From Octopus bimaculoides (taxonomy: Eukaryota), in the NCBI RefSeq assembly GCF_001194135.2, contig NC_068990.1, positions 86,600,595-86,664,594 on the forward strand: 64,000 bases of DNA. Reading direction: 5' to 3'. Under the pieces are notes generated by a model, which searched no databases, was not told the DNA's origin, and saw nothing but the letters and a program-made list of their open reading frames with translations. Position numbers and translations under genes: made by a program. Within the stretch, counting starts at the first letter, position 1. Each line of letters opens with the position of its first letter. Below are positions 1-12,056 of this stretch, piece after piece.

Positions 1-283
1 ATTGTGAATGAACGTCACAGTATAATTTAAATTACATCAATGACCTTTTATGAACAATGTTCGATATTTTGTTTTTTTTTGTGAAGAATAGACAGAGATT
101 AAGTCTTATATTTTTTCGATTCTTGACGCACCGATATAATTCATGATGGTTGAAGCAGGGTTCTTCTTATTTTAACCCAGCCACCTTCATAACTTACTTA
201 CTCGTAGGTTCTCTGGTTGGACATTATGCAATACACACTGAATAAAAACTTAAACATTTTTTTTTTTGAAATAGAGAATTCTT

Positions 284-528
284 CAGTTTTATATTTAAGA
301 GATGAAGAATTATGTACATTATTTACGTTTGACGGATATTTGTCCTCATCTTGTTTGTTGTTAACACAAGGTTAAAAAAAAAAAAAAAATTTCAAGGCAC
401 CTGATGAAGGCTGGAGAGTATATCAGTCGAACGTTGTGTTGGCAACAAAAAAGATAAGGACAAATATCCATCAAATGTAAATGATGTAAATAATGTACAT
501 AATTCCTCATCTCTTAAATATAGAACTG
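284..528 (+). mobile_element. Penelope-like element terminal-repeat remnant with inverted partial copy
   Basis: 284-369 is the reverse complement of 434-528 (about 90% identity, one 9-nt indel). A hammerhead-like motif lies between the arms at 396-440. Inverted partial pLTRs plus a minimal hammerhead are known Penelope-like element hallmarks. Confidence 0.65.
396..440 (+). ncRNA. Degenerate minimal type I hammerhead ribozyme
   Basis: GGCAC-CTGATGA-A-GGCTG(GAGAGTATAT)CAGTC-GAA-C-GTT-GTGTT. Stem I is GGCAC/GTGTT, stem II is GGCTG/CAGTC, stem III is the palindrome ACGT. One A of the GAAA core is missing. Confidence 0.6.
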
Positions 529-1100
529 TAATATATCTGAAGACGTGTAAGCAAACTCATCTCCAAAGAACTTTTGAATAAACGGTTCATTCTTCATCTT
601 AACCTTTATTGACAGAGACAAGTATTACTTGTTCACAGAGACATTTGCAATTATGACTGTTGTCGTGAACGTTACGAATGGTTTTGTGATTTCGCCAACT
701 GATGACGCAATGCCCTATTGTCAGTCAGAGATACGTTTCCATGGAGATTAAGTACAACACCCTCTTTTTCAGATTCCAAGATTGTAGTACAATCAACCGA
801 TTGATAGTTTTCTGCATTCTTGACATCTCTGCACATCCTATTCAGTTCTTCCAATAGCTCCCAAAGGCCTGTCTTCACTTTTTCCTGGGCATTTAAAAAT
901 TTTTAGTGAAAGATTAATCTTTTTAGACATCAAGTTCGCCAGCAGAGACTGTCTACTCAAGAACTTTTCCATTAGAAAAATACTTTTTGCCTAAAGTTTC
1001 CAATTAAACTTTGATAAATATTTTGAAGATAAAACAACAAAAGCAGGTATTTTGGAGCTATTCAGTGAATGAACAATTATTACCATCATGATTATTATTA

Positions 1101-1237
1101 ATGCTTCCGGTATCACGTTCTGAGTTCAAATTCTGCTGAGTTCGACTTTGTCTTTCATACTTTCGGGGTCGATAAAATAGGCACCAGTTGAGCACTGCGG
1201 GTCGACTAACCTCTCCGCCAAAATTTCAGACCTTGTG
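1101..1237 (+). mobile_element. SINE family C (5'-truncated copy)
   Basis: Carries the core GTTCTGAGTTCAAATTC..GAC TTTG.CTTTCAT.CTTTCGGGGTCGATAAAATA that recurs in more than 15 places in this window. Confidence 0.8.
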
Positions 1238-1239
1238 TC

Positions 1240-1240
<1 letters not shown>

Positions 1241-1270
<30 letters not shown>

Positions 1271-1428
1271 CTTCTTCTTCTTCTTCTTCTTCTTCTTCTT
1301 CTTCTTCTTCTTCTNNNNNNNNNNNNNNNNNNNNNNNNNNNNNNNNNNNNNNNNNNNNNNNNNNNNNNNNNNNNNNNNNNNNNNNNNNNNNNNNNNNNCT
1401 CCTCCTCCTCCTTCTTCTTCTTCTTCTT

Positions 1429-1458
<30 letters not shown>
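1241..1458. repeat. (CTT)n microsatellite spanning an assembly gap
   Basis: Direct reading; N run 1315-1398. Confidence 0.95.
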
Positions 1459-1459
<1 letters not shown>

Positions 1460-2348
1460 TGTTAGAGGCTACCTAATTTGTCTGAAATAGTGAAGTTTTT
1501 AATTCAAATACCTATAGTGCTCGATGTTCAAATCCCAGCATAAAGAGTTTTTATTTGAATTTTTTCTAAGTTCAGTAAAATATGCAGCAGTCATTTACTG
1601 ATGTCGTTTCTATGAAACACAGTCGTCATCGATAAATCTACGACCTCGTGTAAGAAATCCTTATTGTGTAACAAGTGCCATAATGAGGCATTTATAACTG
1701 TTACGCTTTCACATATCTTGCTAATTTTCTTGAAAAGGGCCATAAACTTCCACAACTCCCCATTTCTTCTTTCATTCTTATATTTATCGCCGATTTAGAA
1801 TATACAAAAAATAAAAATTATATACAATAAAAAAACAACCACTTTTTTTCCTTCTTAATCTTTTTTGTCATTAATACTTTTATCTGCTTTTTTCGACTAT
1901 TTTTCTCCGACTTCATTTAACGATTTCAGTTCGCGAATCGCGGAGTATTATGGGAGAATGAGTGAGATATTTACTCCATAAATTCTTTGCTTGGATAAGC
2001 TTGGCCAACAGATCTACCTCGAAATTTCAGTTCTTAAGTGTAATTTATTGAACATTATCTGTAGAGCTGACAGCTTAGCACTATCGTACATCAAATAACA
2101 TTATAGTTGTATACATCATAGATTTTCACGAAATTGAAATTCTTTACCTACACACATTCCTTTTACTGTTTGCTTCGTATTTTCCTGTATATTTGTACAT
2201 CTATTATTTTGTTTAACCGTTCCATCTGATATTCTTTTGCTTGGCTTTAATTTCTGTGGTTTTATTTTTATTCATTGTCACGTATTGGTTAGTTATTCAG
2301 CTTTTGTTTTTATTATAAAGTGCAAAGGATTATCTTTCAATCTCTTTC

Positions 2349-2419
<71 letters not shown>

Positions 2420-2735
2420 TTCTAATACACTTACACACATAAATAAATATTTATCTAAATAATGAACAATATTTCTTTCAACCATGTTGTATTAAAGACA
2501 CGGCTATGTTCCAGTTTTAATACTTTTATGAAAAAAAGATTTGTTTACTTCCTGATTAGTTCAATATGATTAGTTTGGAACTGTAGCATTCTTAAATCCA
2601 TTAGAGCATTGATATGTTAAAACCTTCCCGACCTCATATTCAGAATGAAGTGATGAAGGTAGTGGTGTGTTGTTAGCAAGCTTTTTAATGCGTCATTATA
2701 ATAATGATTGTATAATACGTATAATAATAGTAATG

Positions 2736-2970
2736 AAGGCGCTGGCCAAGTGGTTTGGGGGATGCGCTTACAATCGCACGGTCATATTTTCGATAACCGA
2801 ACGATGGCTTGTGGTTTTTGAGCAAATCGCTTCATTTCAGCCTGCTCCAGTTCACTCATCTGTAAATAATTATCCTTGCGTCGGACAGTTCAGGATAAAC
2901 GTTTTGTTCTTGGACACTTATACGCCATGGAAATCGGGCAACCGGCTCAATGAGCCGTAGGACTGCAGAC
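2736..2970 (+). mobile_element. Old tRNA-headed SINE (family D)
   Basis: A-box-like TGGCCAAGTGG and degenerate B box. The body has TTGAGCAAATCGCTTCATTTCAGCCTGCTCCAGTTCACTCATCTGTAAAT. The tail GGAAATCGGGCAACCGGCTCAATGAGCC resembles the family B tail at 8110-8140. Confidence 0.55.
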
Positions 2971-3699
2971 AGCAATGTCCTGTGATTAATGAAAATGACA
3001 GCAATATTACTGTCCAAGTTACTAATCAGAATAAATTTTTTCCGAACTGTAAGGATTTTTGAGGAAACGATTTACTTATAGACAGACAGGACTTTTCTAG
3101 ATTGAACTGCATAAATTTATTTAGTTGCTTTTAACTATGTCACAGAATCACTTCATACTTCATAAGAAATTATTACATAACGGAATAGAATTATCCGTTT
3201 AATGTTATCAAGGAAGAATCTGAAATATTTTTACTGATCATACTCATTTTACTTCCTCGAGAATTATTAATTTCCATTTGGCGATTGTAAGGAAATTAAC
3301 TGTATGACCATTAAATCATGGATAAATCATTTCCTGAAATGTAATTATTTAATGACGAATGTACATTTACTCATTAAAACTAAAGCTTTATTAAAACTAA
3401 GTGACTTGGTGTGTTTTACACATATGATATAGAAGACATAAAATAATATTAAAAGTACATTGATATATGTAACAATACTTATACATACAAGCACACCACC
3501 AGAAACAATCAGAACACAAATCAGTTTTCTGTTGACAAATATATTTGTTACACATGAAGTTACACACATACATACTCAGACTTTTCGAAGAGAATAACAA
3601 AAGAAATACACATTTTCTACATATCTGATGCACATCTAAGGCCTACATATAAATACAAACGCAATAATATCTCCATTGCCTATACACATGAACAAATGC

Positions 3700-4420
3700 A
3701 ATAAACGTGACTTATTTTCATACATATCATGTAATTAACACACACACACGACCAGTAAGTACACAGTACATGACATGCATTCATACATGCAAAACCAAGC
3801 AAATGTTCTAATTACCTCATTTTTATGTTTTCATCGTTCACACGATATCAAGTGTAATATAACCACATACACACACAGACACACATATATACATAAACAC
3901 ACAAATTAACACGACTATCATCACCGTTACTATATCCATTACATAAACTCATAACCCACCACACATACATACACCCACACACATGGACAATGTAAATCAT
4001 TTACGTGCAAACAAATTTTCGCACATAATTGACTCAGTAGTATCTTTGTTACAACAAATCCAAACACCATACATTATATACGCTTCTTCTAAGACATTCT
4101 GTACACATACGCACGCACATACACACGTCAATATGTTCACTACATAATCTCTCACATATACACACACGCACTCATAAAGATCTTTACCAGGGCAATTATA
4201 TATACCACACGCGGATAGAAAAGCAAATAGTGAAGAGCCGATATTTACATACATTTGCAAGCACGCACATTGTTCTAAACATACACGTACACACACGAAC
4301 ACAAACGCGCACAAACACGCATACACGCCCTTAAGGACATGGACACACTCATGCACGCACGCACGTACTTGTCTGTCCAGGTTATACCTATATACAATTG
4401 CCTCAAACACTACTACTCTG
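3700..4420. repeat. Degenerate CA/CACATA compound microsatellite
   Basis: Direct reading; explains the Cys/Val-rich spurious ORFs. Confidence 0.8.
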
Positions 4421-4599
4421 CATTAGACACGAAGACAAAATTATGGACACACACATATATGCATATTTTCATTTGAAGCGCTATCATAAGCCTAATAAAT
4501 CTATGTATCCGCATACACACAAGTTAACTTAATCATTGGCCTCCATGCACATTAACCAGATTCTACATACATATGCACACACATTACCATGATAAATTA

Positions 4600-4654
<55 letters not shown>

Positions 4655-4870
4655 NNNNNNNNNNNNNNNNNNNNNNNNNNNNNNNNNNNNNNNNNNNNNN
4701 NNNNNNNNNNNNNNNNNNNNNNNNNNNNNNNNNNNNNNNNNNNNNNNNNNNNNNNNNNNNNNNNNNNNNNNNNNNNNNNNNNNNNNNNNNNNNNNNNNNN
4801 NNNNNNNNNNNNNNNNNNNNNNNNNNNNNNNNNNNNNNNNNNNNNNNNNNNNNNNNNNNNNNNNNNNNNN

Positions 4871-4915
<45 letters not shown>

Positions 4916-5451
4916 TATGTCGTCTCACATTCACACACACGTGCGTACCCACATTAACAATGTAAATAATACATGCCCGCACATATATTTGCAATTTCCC
5001 CCTCCTACACATAACTTCGACCAAACAATACTTCAAAATAAATACTGACGCACCAATTATTTCGCACATAAAATTACGCGAATTACATCTTCCGACATAC
5101 ACACGAAAGTCCTCGTAACTGCACATACTTAAACTTACGCTCATTCATAAACCTTTGTGTGAGCAATACGCACAGAAATAAATATACAGACAGCACGAGG
5201 TTCGCTCTCACGCAAGTAAGCGACCAAATGGACGGACTATGTAGATCTGTATAAACATGGCTATTAAAATAACACATAAACAGGCCTATAAACGCCAACG
5301 TGCACAATGTTTCCAATCAGTTTGTCTCCTCTAGCAGAGAGGATAAACGCACCAGCATCTCTGGTTTGACCAACTGGTTTCGCCTCGAAATATAGTTACG
5401 AACGTAAGAGAATGTACAGAGCTATACGATCTCTCTCTCTCTTTCTCTCTT

Positions 5452-5504
<53 letters not shown>

Positions 5505-5944
5505 GATTTACACGACCAAACCATAATGTTCACTCTCACAAAACGTATCAACGCGATATCTAAGTCTAATACATTTCTATAGAAACATGCACACGCATAG
5601 TACAAATATAAGCAGCTAACCAACATACTCTCATGTAATGTGATCAAATGAGGCATATTTTTCAACACACATCTTGTTAGTATTGAAGTGTCACTGAATA
5701 TCTAGTCTGATTTTATGGTATTACTAATTCAAAGTTTGATTTTGTCGAGATTGCGCTTCTTTACTAATCCTGACAAATATTTAGGGGCGTTGAGAAACTT
5801 GTATTTTGCGTGGCAAAGAAAAGTACCATGATCCTTCAGGTTGATGTAAGAGATGCAGTCTTTGTATTTTTGAAAGGGAGAATAATTCTTTGGCTTTTGT
5901 GTATATATTGTTAATGTTAAAAGGACTGTCTTTTCAAAATGTTT

Positions 5945-6101
5945 TGTATGCACACACACATTTATATTTATATATATGTATGTATGCATATGTGTGTGCA
6001 TGTGTGCGTGCGTCTGTGTCTGTGTGTGTATGTGTGCTTAAATATATATGTGTGTATATATCTATATATATATTTATATATATGGGTATACGTATACATA
6101 C

Positions 6102-6139
<38 letters not shown>

Positions 6140-6218
6140 ATGTGTGTGTATGTTTGTGTGTGTGTATGTATATACATATACATATATACGTGTATATGTA
6201 TATATATANNNNNNNNNN

Positions 6219-6266
<48 letters not shown>

Positions 6267-6330
6267 CATTTACATGTGTGTGTGTGTTTGCATGTCTGTG
6301 CACGTGTGTGTGCATATGTGTACATGTACT
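5945..6330. repeat. Compound (TA)n/(TG)n microsatellite
   Basis: Direct reading. Confidence 0.9.
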
Positions 6331-7023
6331 TGGGTATATAGCAGCACATTTGTTTGCCATTCAGAAATCATTCTATATAAAAGTCGTTTGCTCGTAAGAA
6401 TTTCATTGTATGAATAAAGTTAACGGTTTTCATTGATGTAATTGTCATTGTTGTTGTTGTTGTCGTTGTTAATGTGTTTATTGCTGTTCAGTATCATTAC
6501 CGTTGCTAATATTGTTGATGAGGGTATTTATTGTAGTTGTTCTTATGTCTTGGAAATTCTTAGAAATAACCCAATATCCCTGCAGGCTTTATGCTTCCGT
6601 AGACAGCGGTAATAACGACATTATATATGACAAAAAATGTTACTCGTCATTAGTGATGATTGACCAAATAGTAAGAATACCTAAAGCAAACAGCGCCAAC
6701 GACAACACTAAAAACGATATTAACAGTACCAGCACCCACTACAGCAAACACATATAGGAAAGAAATACATAAAACAGTCAATGACTTAAACTTAACGAAA
6801 GACCAATAATTCAATAGGGCTGGCAACATACGGTGCCGTCGCCACCAAAATTTCACGACACCTACCACCATCACCTTCATTAATAAGAACAACAACAATA
6901 ATATCAAAAAGACACTTGAATAAATAACATATCAATGGAAGACTTCACAATCAAAAAGAACTGCAAATCAACGGTAGTAGGAGCAGCAAGGAGGAAATAG
7001 CAATATCAGCAAAAATAAAAATG

Positions 7024-7057
<34 letters not shown>

Positions 7058-7134
7058 TGATGATGATGGTGGTGGTGGTGGTGGTGGTGGTGGTGGTGGT
7101 GATGATAATGATGATGATGATGATGATAATAATA

Positions 7135-7762
7135 AACGGACGATAGAATCAATTCCATGTAGCCACAACAGAAGTTGCTGGAAAAAATATGTGGAATTGG
7201 CTGATGAAAGGAACCCTAAATATGGAGACCGAGAGCATTATACTGGCAGCGTAGGACCAAGCTCTGACAAAGGATTAAAGGGTCAACCTGAGGGATGAAT
7301 AAGTGTCTCCACTGTGTCGCATCTGCAACAGAGTGGATGAACCATTGCCCATATCACGAACGAATACCCTAGACTTGCCCCTAACCATTACCGGTTGGGG
7401 CGACACGACCAGGTAGACACTGCTACATTGGAAACAGTACGAAAAGAGTGGGCTAGAGAGAGGCAAGACGTGGTATGAGCACAAACCGCAGAGAGTGAAA
7501 AAGAATCGGAGACTAGCAAAATCATCTGGGATTTCCCAATCCAAACAGATCAGGTTCTAGAGCGTAACAGACCAGAAAGGTCACGTGGTGGACAAGGTGC
7601 ACTACATATGCTATGTAGTTGACGTTCATACCCCTTTGATTCACGAATAGTCAAGAAGGAAGACGAAAAGATAGATAGAGACAACCCTCTTAAGTACGAA
7701 ATAGCCCTGCTATGGAAAATGAAGAAGGTGAAGATAATACCGTTAAGCATTTCGCCCGATTC
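7135..7762 (+). mobile_element. R4/Dong-type non-LTR retrotransposon fragment (zinc knuckle + restriction-like endonuclease), decayed
   Basis: Manual translation across stops and frameshifts: WNWLMKGTLNMETESIILAA*DQAL..CRICNRVDETIAHI..RHDQV..KIIWDFPIQTDQVLERNRP..VVDV..KKEDEKID..LKYEIALLWKMKKVKIIP. These are typical RLE-clade motifs. Confidence 0.85.
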
Positions 7763-7801
7763 ATAATAATAGTGATAATAATAATAATAATAATAATGAT
7801 G

Positions 7802-7851
<50 letters not shown>

Positions 7852-7852
<1 letters not shown>

Positions 7853-8163
7853 GAGGTGCAATGGCCCAGTGGTTAGGGCAGCGGACTCGCGATCGGATGA
7901 TCGCGGTTTCGATTCCCAATCCGGGCGTTGTGTGTGTTTTCTTGAGCAAAAACACCTAAACGCTCCACGAGGCTCCGACAGGGGGTGGTGGCGACCCCTG
8001 TTGTACTCTTTCGCCCCAACTTTCTCTCACTCTTTCTTCCTGTTTCTTGAGTAACGCTGCGATGGACTGGCGTCCGTCCAGCTGAGTGGGGTGGGGAACA
8101 CATATGTCACAGAAACGGGGAAGCCGGGCCCATGAGCCTGGCTAAGCTTTAAAAAAGGGCACA
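7852..8163 (+). mobile_element. tRNA-derived SINE family B, full length, 3' module 1
   Basis: A box TGGCCCAGTGG (7862), B box GGTTTCGATTCCC (7905), A/TAA-rich tail. The head and 5' body are shared with 24266-24455. The 3' part CTGCGATGGACTGGCGTCC..CAGAAACGGGGAAGCCGGGCCCATGAGCC resembles Meta-type SINE domains (from memory). Confidence 0.85.
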
Positions 8164-8494
8164 TAAATAAGTAAATAAATAATAATAATAATAATAATAA
8201 TAATAATCAGAACAACACAATAGCAACAGCTACAGCAATAATATAAAAAAACCCCAAAACAACAAATAAAATAACAGCATCTACTACTACTACTGTTACT
8301 ACTACTACTACTTACAATAGCATATTCAAAATAACGCATTCAAAATCAGAGTTAAAGAATTGCTGTGTTTGCTGCAAGTATTTATTATGAGTGGAACATA
8401 AAAATACTAATTAATGCTAGCAGCGCAGCTGGTAATTGCAAAAGACAAAAATAAAAAAAAAAGGTTATCATAGAAATTAAAAGAAGTTAATGAC

Positions 8495-8539
<45 letters not shown>

Positions 8540-8724
8540 TAATTAATAATAATAAATGAGAAAAGAAATTTAAATCAACAGCAAAAAGAATTCTAAGATG
8601 TTAAGAGAGACAGAAAAATAAAATGCTTACTTCCATCGTCTACTACGTGCATGAATACAAATATCTATCTGTCTGTCTGCCTGCCTACTCCCACCTCTCT
8701 GTCTGTCTGCCTGCTTACCCCACC

Positions 8725-8756
<32 letters not shown>

Positions 8757-8757
8757 A

Positions 8758-8811
<54 letters not shown>

Positions 8812-8815
8812 ATCA

Positions 8816-9226
8816 GTTGTTCGACCTTAACCAGTTGAGCATGTCCCTTGGTGGCTGATGATATGTGCATCTCTGATCATGAGCAGAAGTAGTAGGGGAG
8901 CATCATAGCTATGTTGAGAGGAATTCTTTGGGGTTTGGATAATTCACCTTTGGAAACATGGGTGTTTTGCTCAACATCCTTAAACAAACCTTATTCAGGG
9001 ACCTTTTGAGCGGGATGGGCTATTCAACCTGAAGAAAATTCTAACTGGGCCCCACCTGCGAGGTCATGCGCTGTTTATCTTGATATGAGATCACCATGTC
9101 GCGCACATATGGTTGGGATGCATGTGCCTGGTGTACCCTTATCAGACGGGTAGTCATGATGGGTATAATGGGCTTCGTATATTTTACCCCAGTGTCACTT
9201 TGATGGCATGCCCTACTCTCTCACTC
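8816..9226 (+). mobile_element. Unclassified interspersed repeat ending in an (AAT)n tail
   Basis: A higher-GC 410-bp block between (TATC)n and an AATAATAAT tail with no clear ORF. I recall it as an abundant octopus repeat, but there is only one copy in this window. Confidence 0.45.
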
Positions 9227-9236
9227 AATAATAATA

Positions 9237-9480
9237 TTAAGGTGTTAGCCATAAATTCCTTAGTAGTACCAGTTGTTCTTCATAACTTCAATGTGCTTAA
9301 TTGGAATTCCAGTGAAATAATGAAAATTGATAGAAAAATCCGCAAGCTACTGACTTGTAATAAGATGCACCATCCAAAGGCAGACGTGGATTGTCTTTAC
9401 CTTCCCAGAGCTCAGGGAGGTAGAGGCTTGATCCAGCTTCAACTTACGTACAAAACCACCACAATCGGACTTGTGTGGAG
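9237..9480 (+). mobile_element. R4/Dong-type RT thumb-region fragment
   Basis: ORF 9113-9490 contains AINSLVVPVVLHNFNVLNWNSSEIMKIDRKIRKLLTCNKMHHPKADVDCLYLPRAQGGRGL, matching the HPKA..RLY.PR..GGRGL motif. Confidence 0.85.
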
Positions 9481-9689
9481 ATTTACATAAAGGATGGAGA
9501 GAAACAAATGAAAAATATAGTGAAATGCAATAAAGTTATACATAGTAAACGAGGTATGTAATACCATTAATGATGTAGTCCTCCTGATACGGGAGAAACT
9601 TCAACTAAAGTCAGTCAATCAAGGAAGTACACAGATCCAGGCTTACCCTGACCACCAAAGATACGAGCCGTTTCTCCTGTTTCCTAGAT

Positions 9690-10350
9690 CTACAGGTATA
9701 TACTTAGCTTAGGCTCATTCTCTATAACAACTGTTTCCACAGTCATCCATCTTTTCACAAATACACCGGAAGGTAGCACTTCTTTCTCCATCTTCACTTT
9801 CCTTTTCAAGTGAAACATAAAAATGTCGATGGGTGCTTGACCGAAGAGGAAGGTGTTTTGCCTCAATCCTTTCAGTCTCGTCCACCACAGAACCTCTTTC
9901 GTCATACCCACTAAACAAAGGAATACCGCCCGCCCCGCCTTATTAAAAATGGGTGACGGAGCGATCATCACAATAGATTCAGCCGTTAGTCAGATTCGTG
10001 ACACATGTGATCACAGATTTTTGACATAAGTTTATCTTCAAATGGCCGTGCACCCTGGTAGCACTGCAAGGCCAGGGATTTCTGGAATTTATACATGGTA
10101 TTACTGGGTTCCCAGATCTTCCGAAATAGACCAGCTAATCCATCCTGGTCGACGCCTAGAGTTTCTCCAAGAACATCATCGCTTTTATTCACCACTAGAT
10201 TTCTCTACATTGGCTACCGCAGACTGGAAGAGAACAGACGACATCCCAGAAGCCAGGCAGGAATATCGTCAGGCGCTCACTTCTCTCACTTCTCCACCAG
10301 TCAGGCAAAACGTTCGGTGGAGGGGCTTCAGTAACAATATAAAGACACCT
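9690..10350 (-). mobile_element. L1/Tx1-like LINE ORF2 3' fragment, decayed
   Basis: Minus-strand peptides FQKSLALQCYQGARPFEDKL and AVFLCLVGMTKEVLWWTRLKGLRQNTFLFGQAPIDIFMFHLKRKVKMEKEVL..FVKRW resemble the zf-RVT/C-terminal region of L1-clade ORF2. Frameshifted. Confidence 0.65.
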
Positions 10351-10740
10351 TGTGGTGGGTAATAATAAAACCGGGAAGCAATATTGATAATTTGTAAACA
10401 CTCGGAAATAATTCATTTGAATAGTAAAATCAATAGTTCGTTGACTCTATGTTGGATGATCGAGAGACTTGCAGATCAATAGCAAAATAATCAAAATAAT
10501 GGAATAGTAGCAAATAATGATATTAAAAAGACAATTGCAGTGAAAAATAACTGAAACCAAATAAAAATATATAAGTTTAAAATATACGTGGGAACAATGT
10601 TGCTGAACAAAGAGACTGTCCAATAAGAATGGGAGAAAACTTTTACGGAAGATAACGGTTTCTTATAGTATAATCTATTTCTACAGAAATTCGTCTTACA
10701 ATAAATTTACATACAAGCGCACAAACACATACGTAATATT

Positions 10741-10828
<88 letters not shown>

Positions 10829-10914
10829 CTCATTCGATCTATATTGTCTATCACTCACACACGCACATACATGCACAAATATATACCCATGCTTACACAC
10901 TGGTGTAATGAAGC

Positions 10915-10945
<31 letters not shown>

Positions 10946-10975
10946 ACACACACATATATATAGCCACACACACAA

Positions 10976-11008
<33 letters not shown>

Positions 11009-11060
11009 ACCATTTATATATATATAACCATATACATTCATATACATGTATATATATATG

Positions 11061-11092
<32 letters not shown>

Positions 11093-11697
11093 CGTATGTA
11101 TATGTGTATGGTTATACATACATATGTATATATATTTTCTAAAGAACAGATGTTGTCTATCAATCTACTTTTATGTCGATATCAAATAACGACTACCATT
11201 ACCTGTCCATACGCGTGCAGTTTCCTTTTCTCTGTATTTCTTTCTCTTTCTTTTTTTCTATTATCCATGAATTTATCTGTCATCTATCTATATGTATCTG
11301 ACTCTGTGTATATTTTATATATCAAAACAATATGGACAACAGGATTTCGATACAAGTCAAGAACAGAAAATATGGGTGAATTTTATTTCAGCTTGCAAAA
11401 GTTAGGCACGGTAGATAATAGCCTTCTTTACAATCCAAGACCAAGAATACCAAAGCATTATTCTGATCCAGAAGTATCGTCTTCGCATGGAGATTTGGAG
11501 AATTTTAGCACAACACGTCCTTTACCTGGACACAACTTTTCGAAACGGAATGATGGAAGGAACGAGATATAATCCGTGGAGTCACGAATTGAGTACGTCT
11601 CTCAAATCCTGGTCTAGGTCTTGGCAACAACGTTGATACTGAAATGTCTGAAATATCCTTGTATCTTTGTCTCTAAAAAAGAAAGTAGATAAAATAA

Positions 11698-12056
11698 GCG
11701 CAGGAGTGGCTGTGTAGTAAGTAGCTTGCTTACCAACCACATGTTCCCGGGTTCAGTCCCACTGCGTGGCACTTTGGGCAAGTGTATTCTACTATAGCCT
11801 CGGGCCGACCAAAGCCTTGTGAGTGGATTTGGTAGACGAAAACATATATATATATGTGTGTGTGTGTGTTTGTACCCCCAACATCGCTTGACAACCGATG
11901 CTGGTGTGTTTACGTCCCTGTAACTTAGCGGTTCGGCAAAAGAGACCGAGAAAATAAGTACTAGGCTTACAAAGAATAAGTCCTGGGGTCGATTTGCTCG
12001 ACTAGAGGTGGTGCTCCAGCATGGCCAGAGTCAAATGACTGAAACAAGTAAAAGAG
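11698..12056 (+). mobile_element. tRNA-derived SINE family A, full length
   Basis: Head GCGCAGGAGTGGCTGTG.GTAAG..GGGTTCAGTCCC, internal (TA)/(TG) repeat, 3' end CCAGCATGGCC..ATGACTGAAACAAGTAAAAGA. Homologous pieces occur at 14351, 16734, 19620, 28995, 32295, 38490, 47690 and 59667. Confidence 0.9.

Noticed and set aside
5729-5860. Ig-like DxGxF/YxCxA motif (DHGTFLCHA) on the minus strand
   Set aside because: Single short motif with no upstream Cys/Trp strands and a weak acceptor.
7852-7925. tRNA gene (also 11698 and 24266)
   Set aside because: A and B boxes are present, but I could not form a full cloverleaf and the sequence continues into a SINE body.
8850-8900. Hammerhead at CTGATGA 8856 (also 698, 7201, 34415)
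   Set aside because: No GAAA at a position closing a stem II; 7201 lies within LINE coding sequence.
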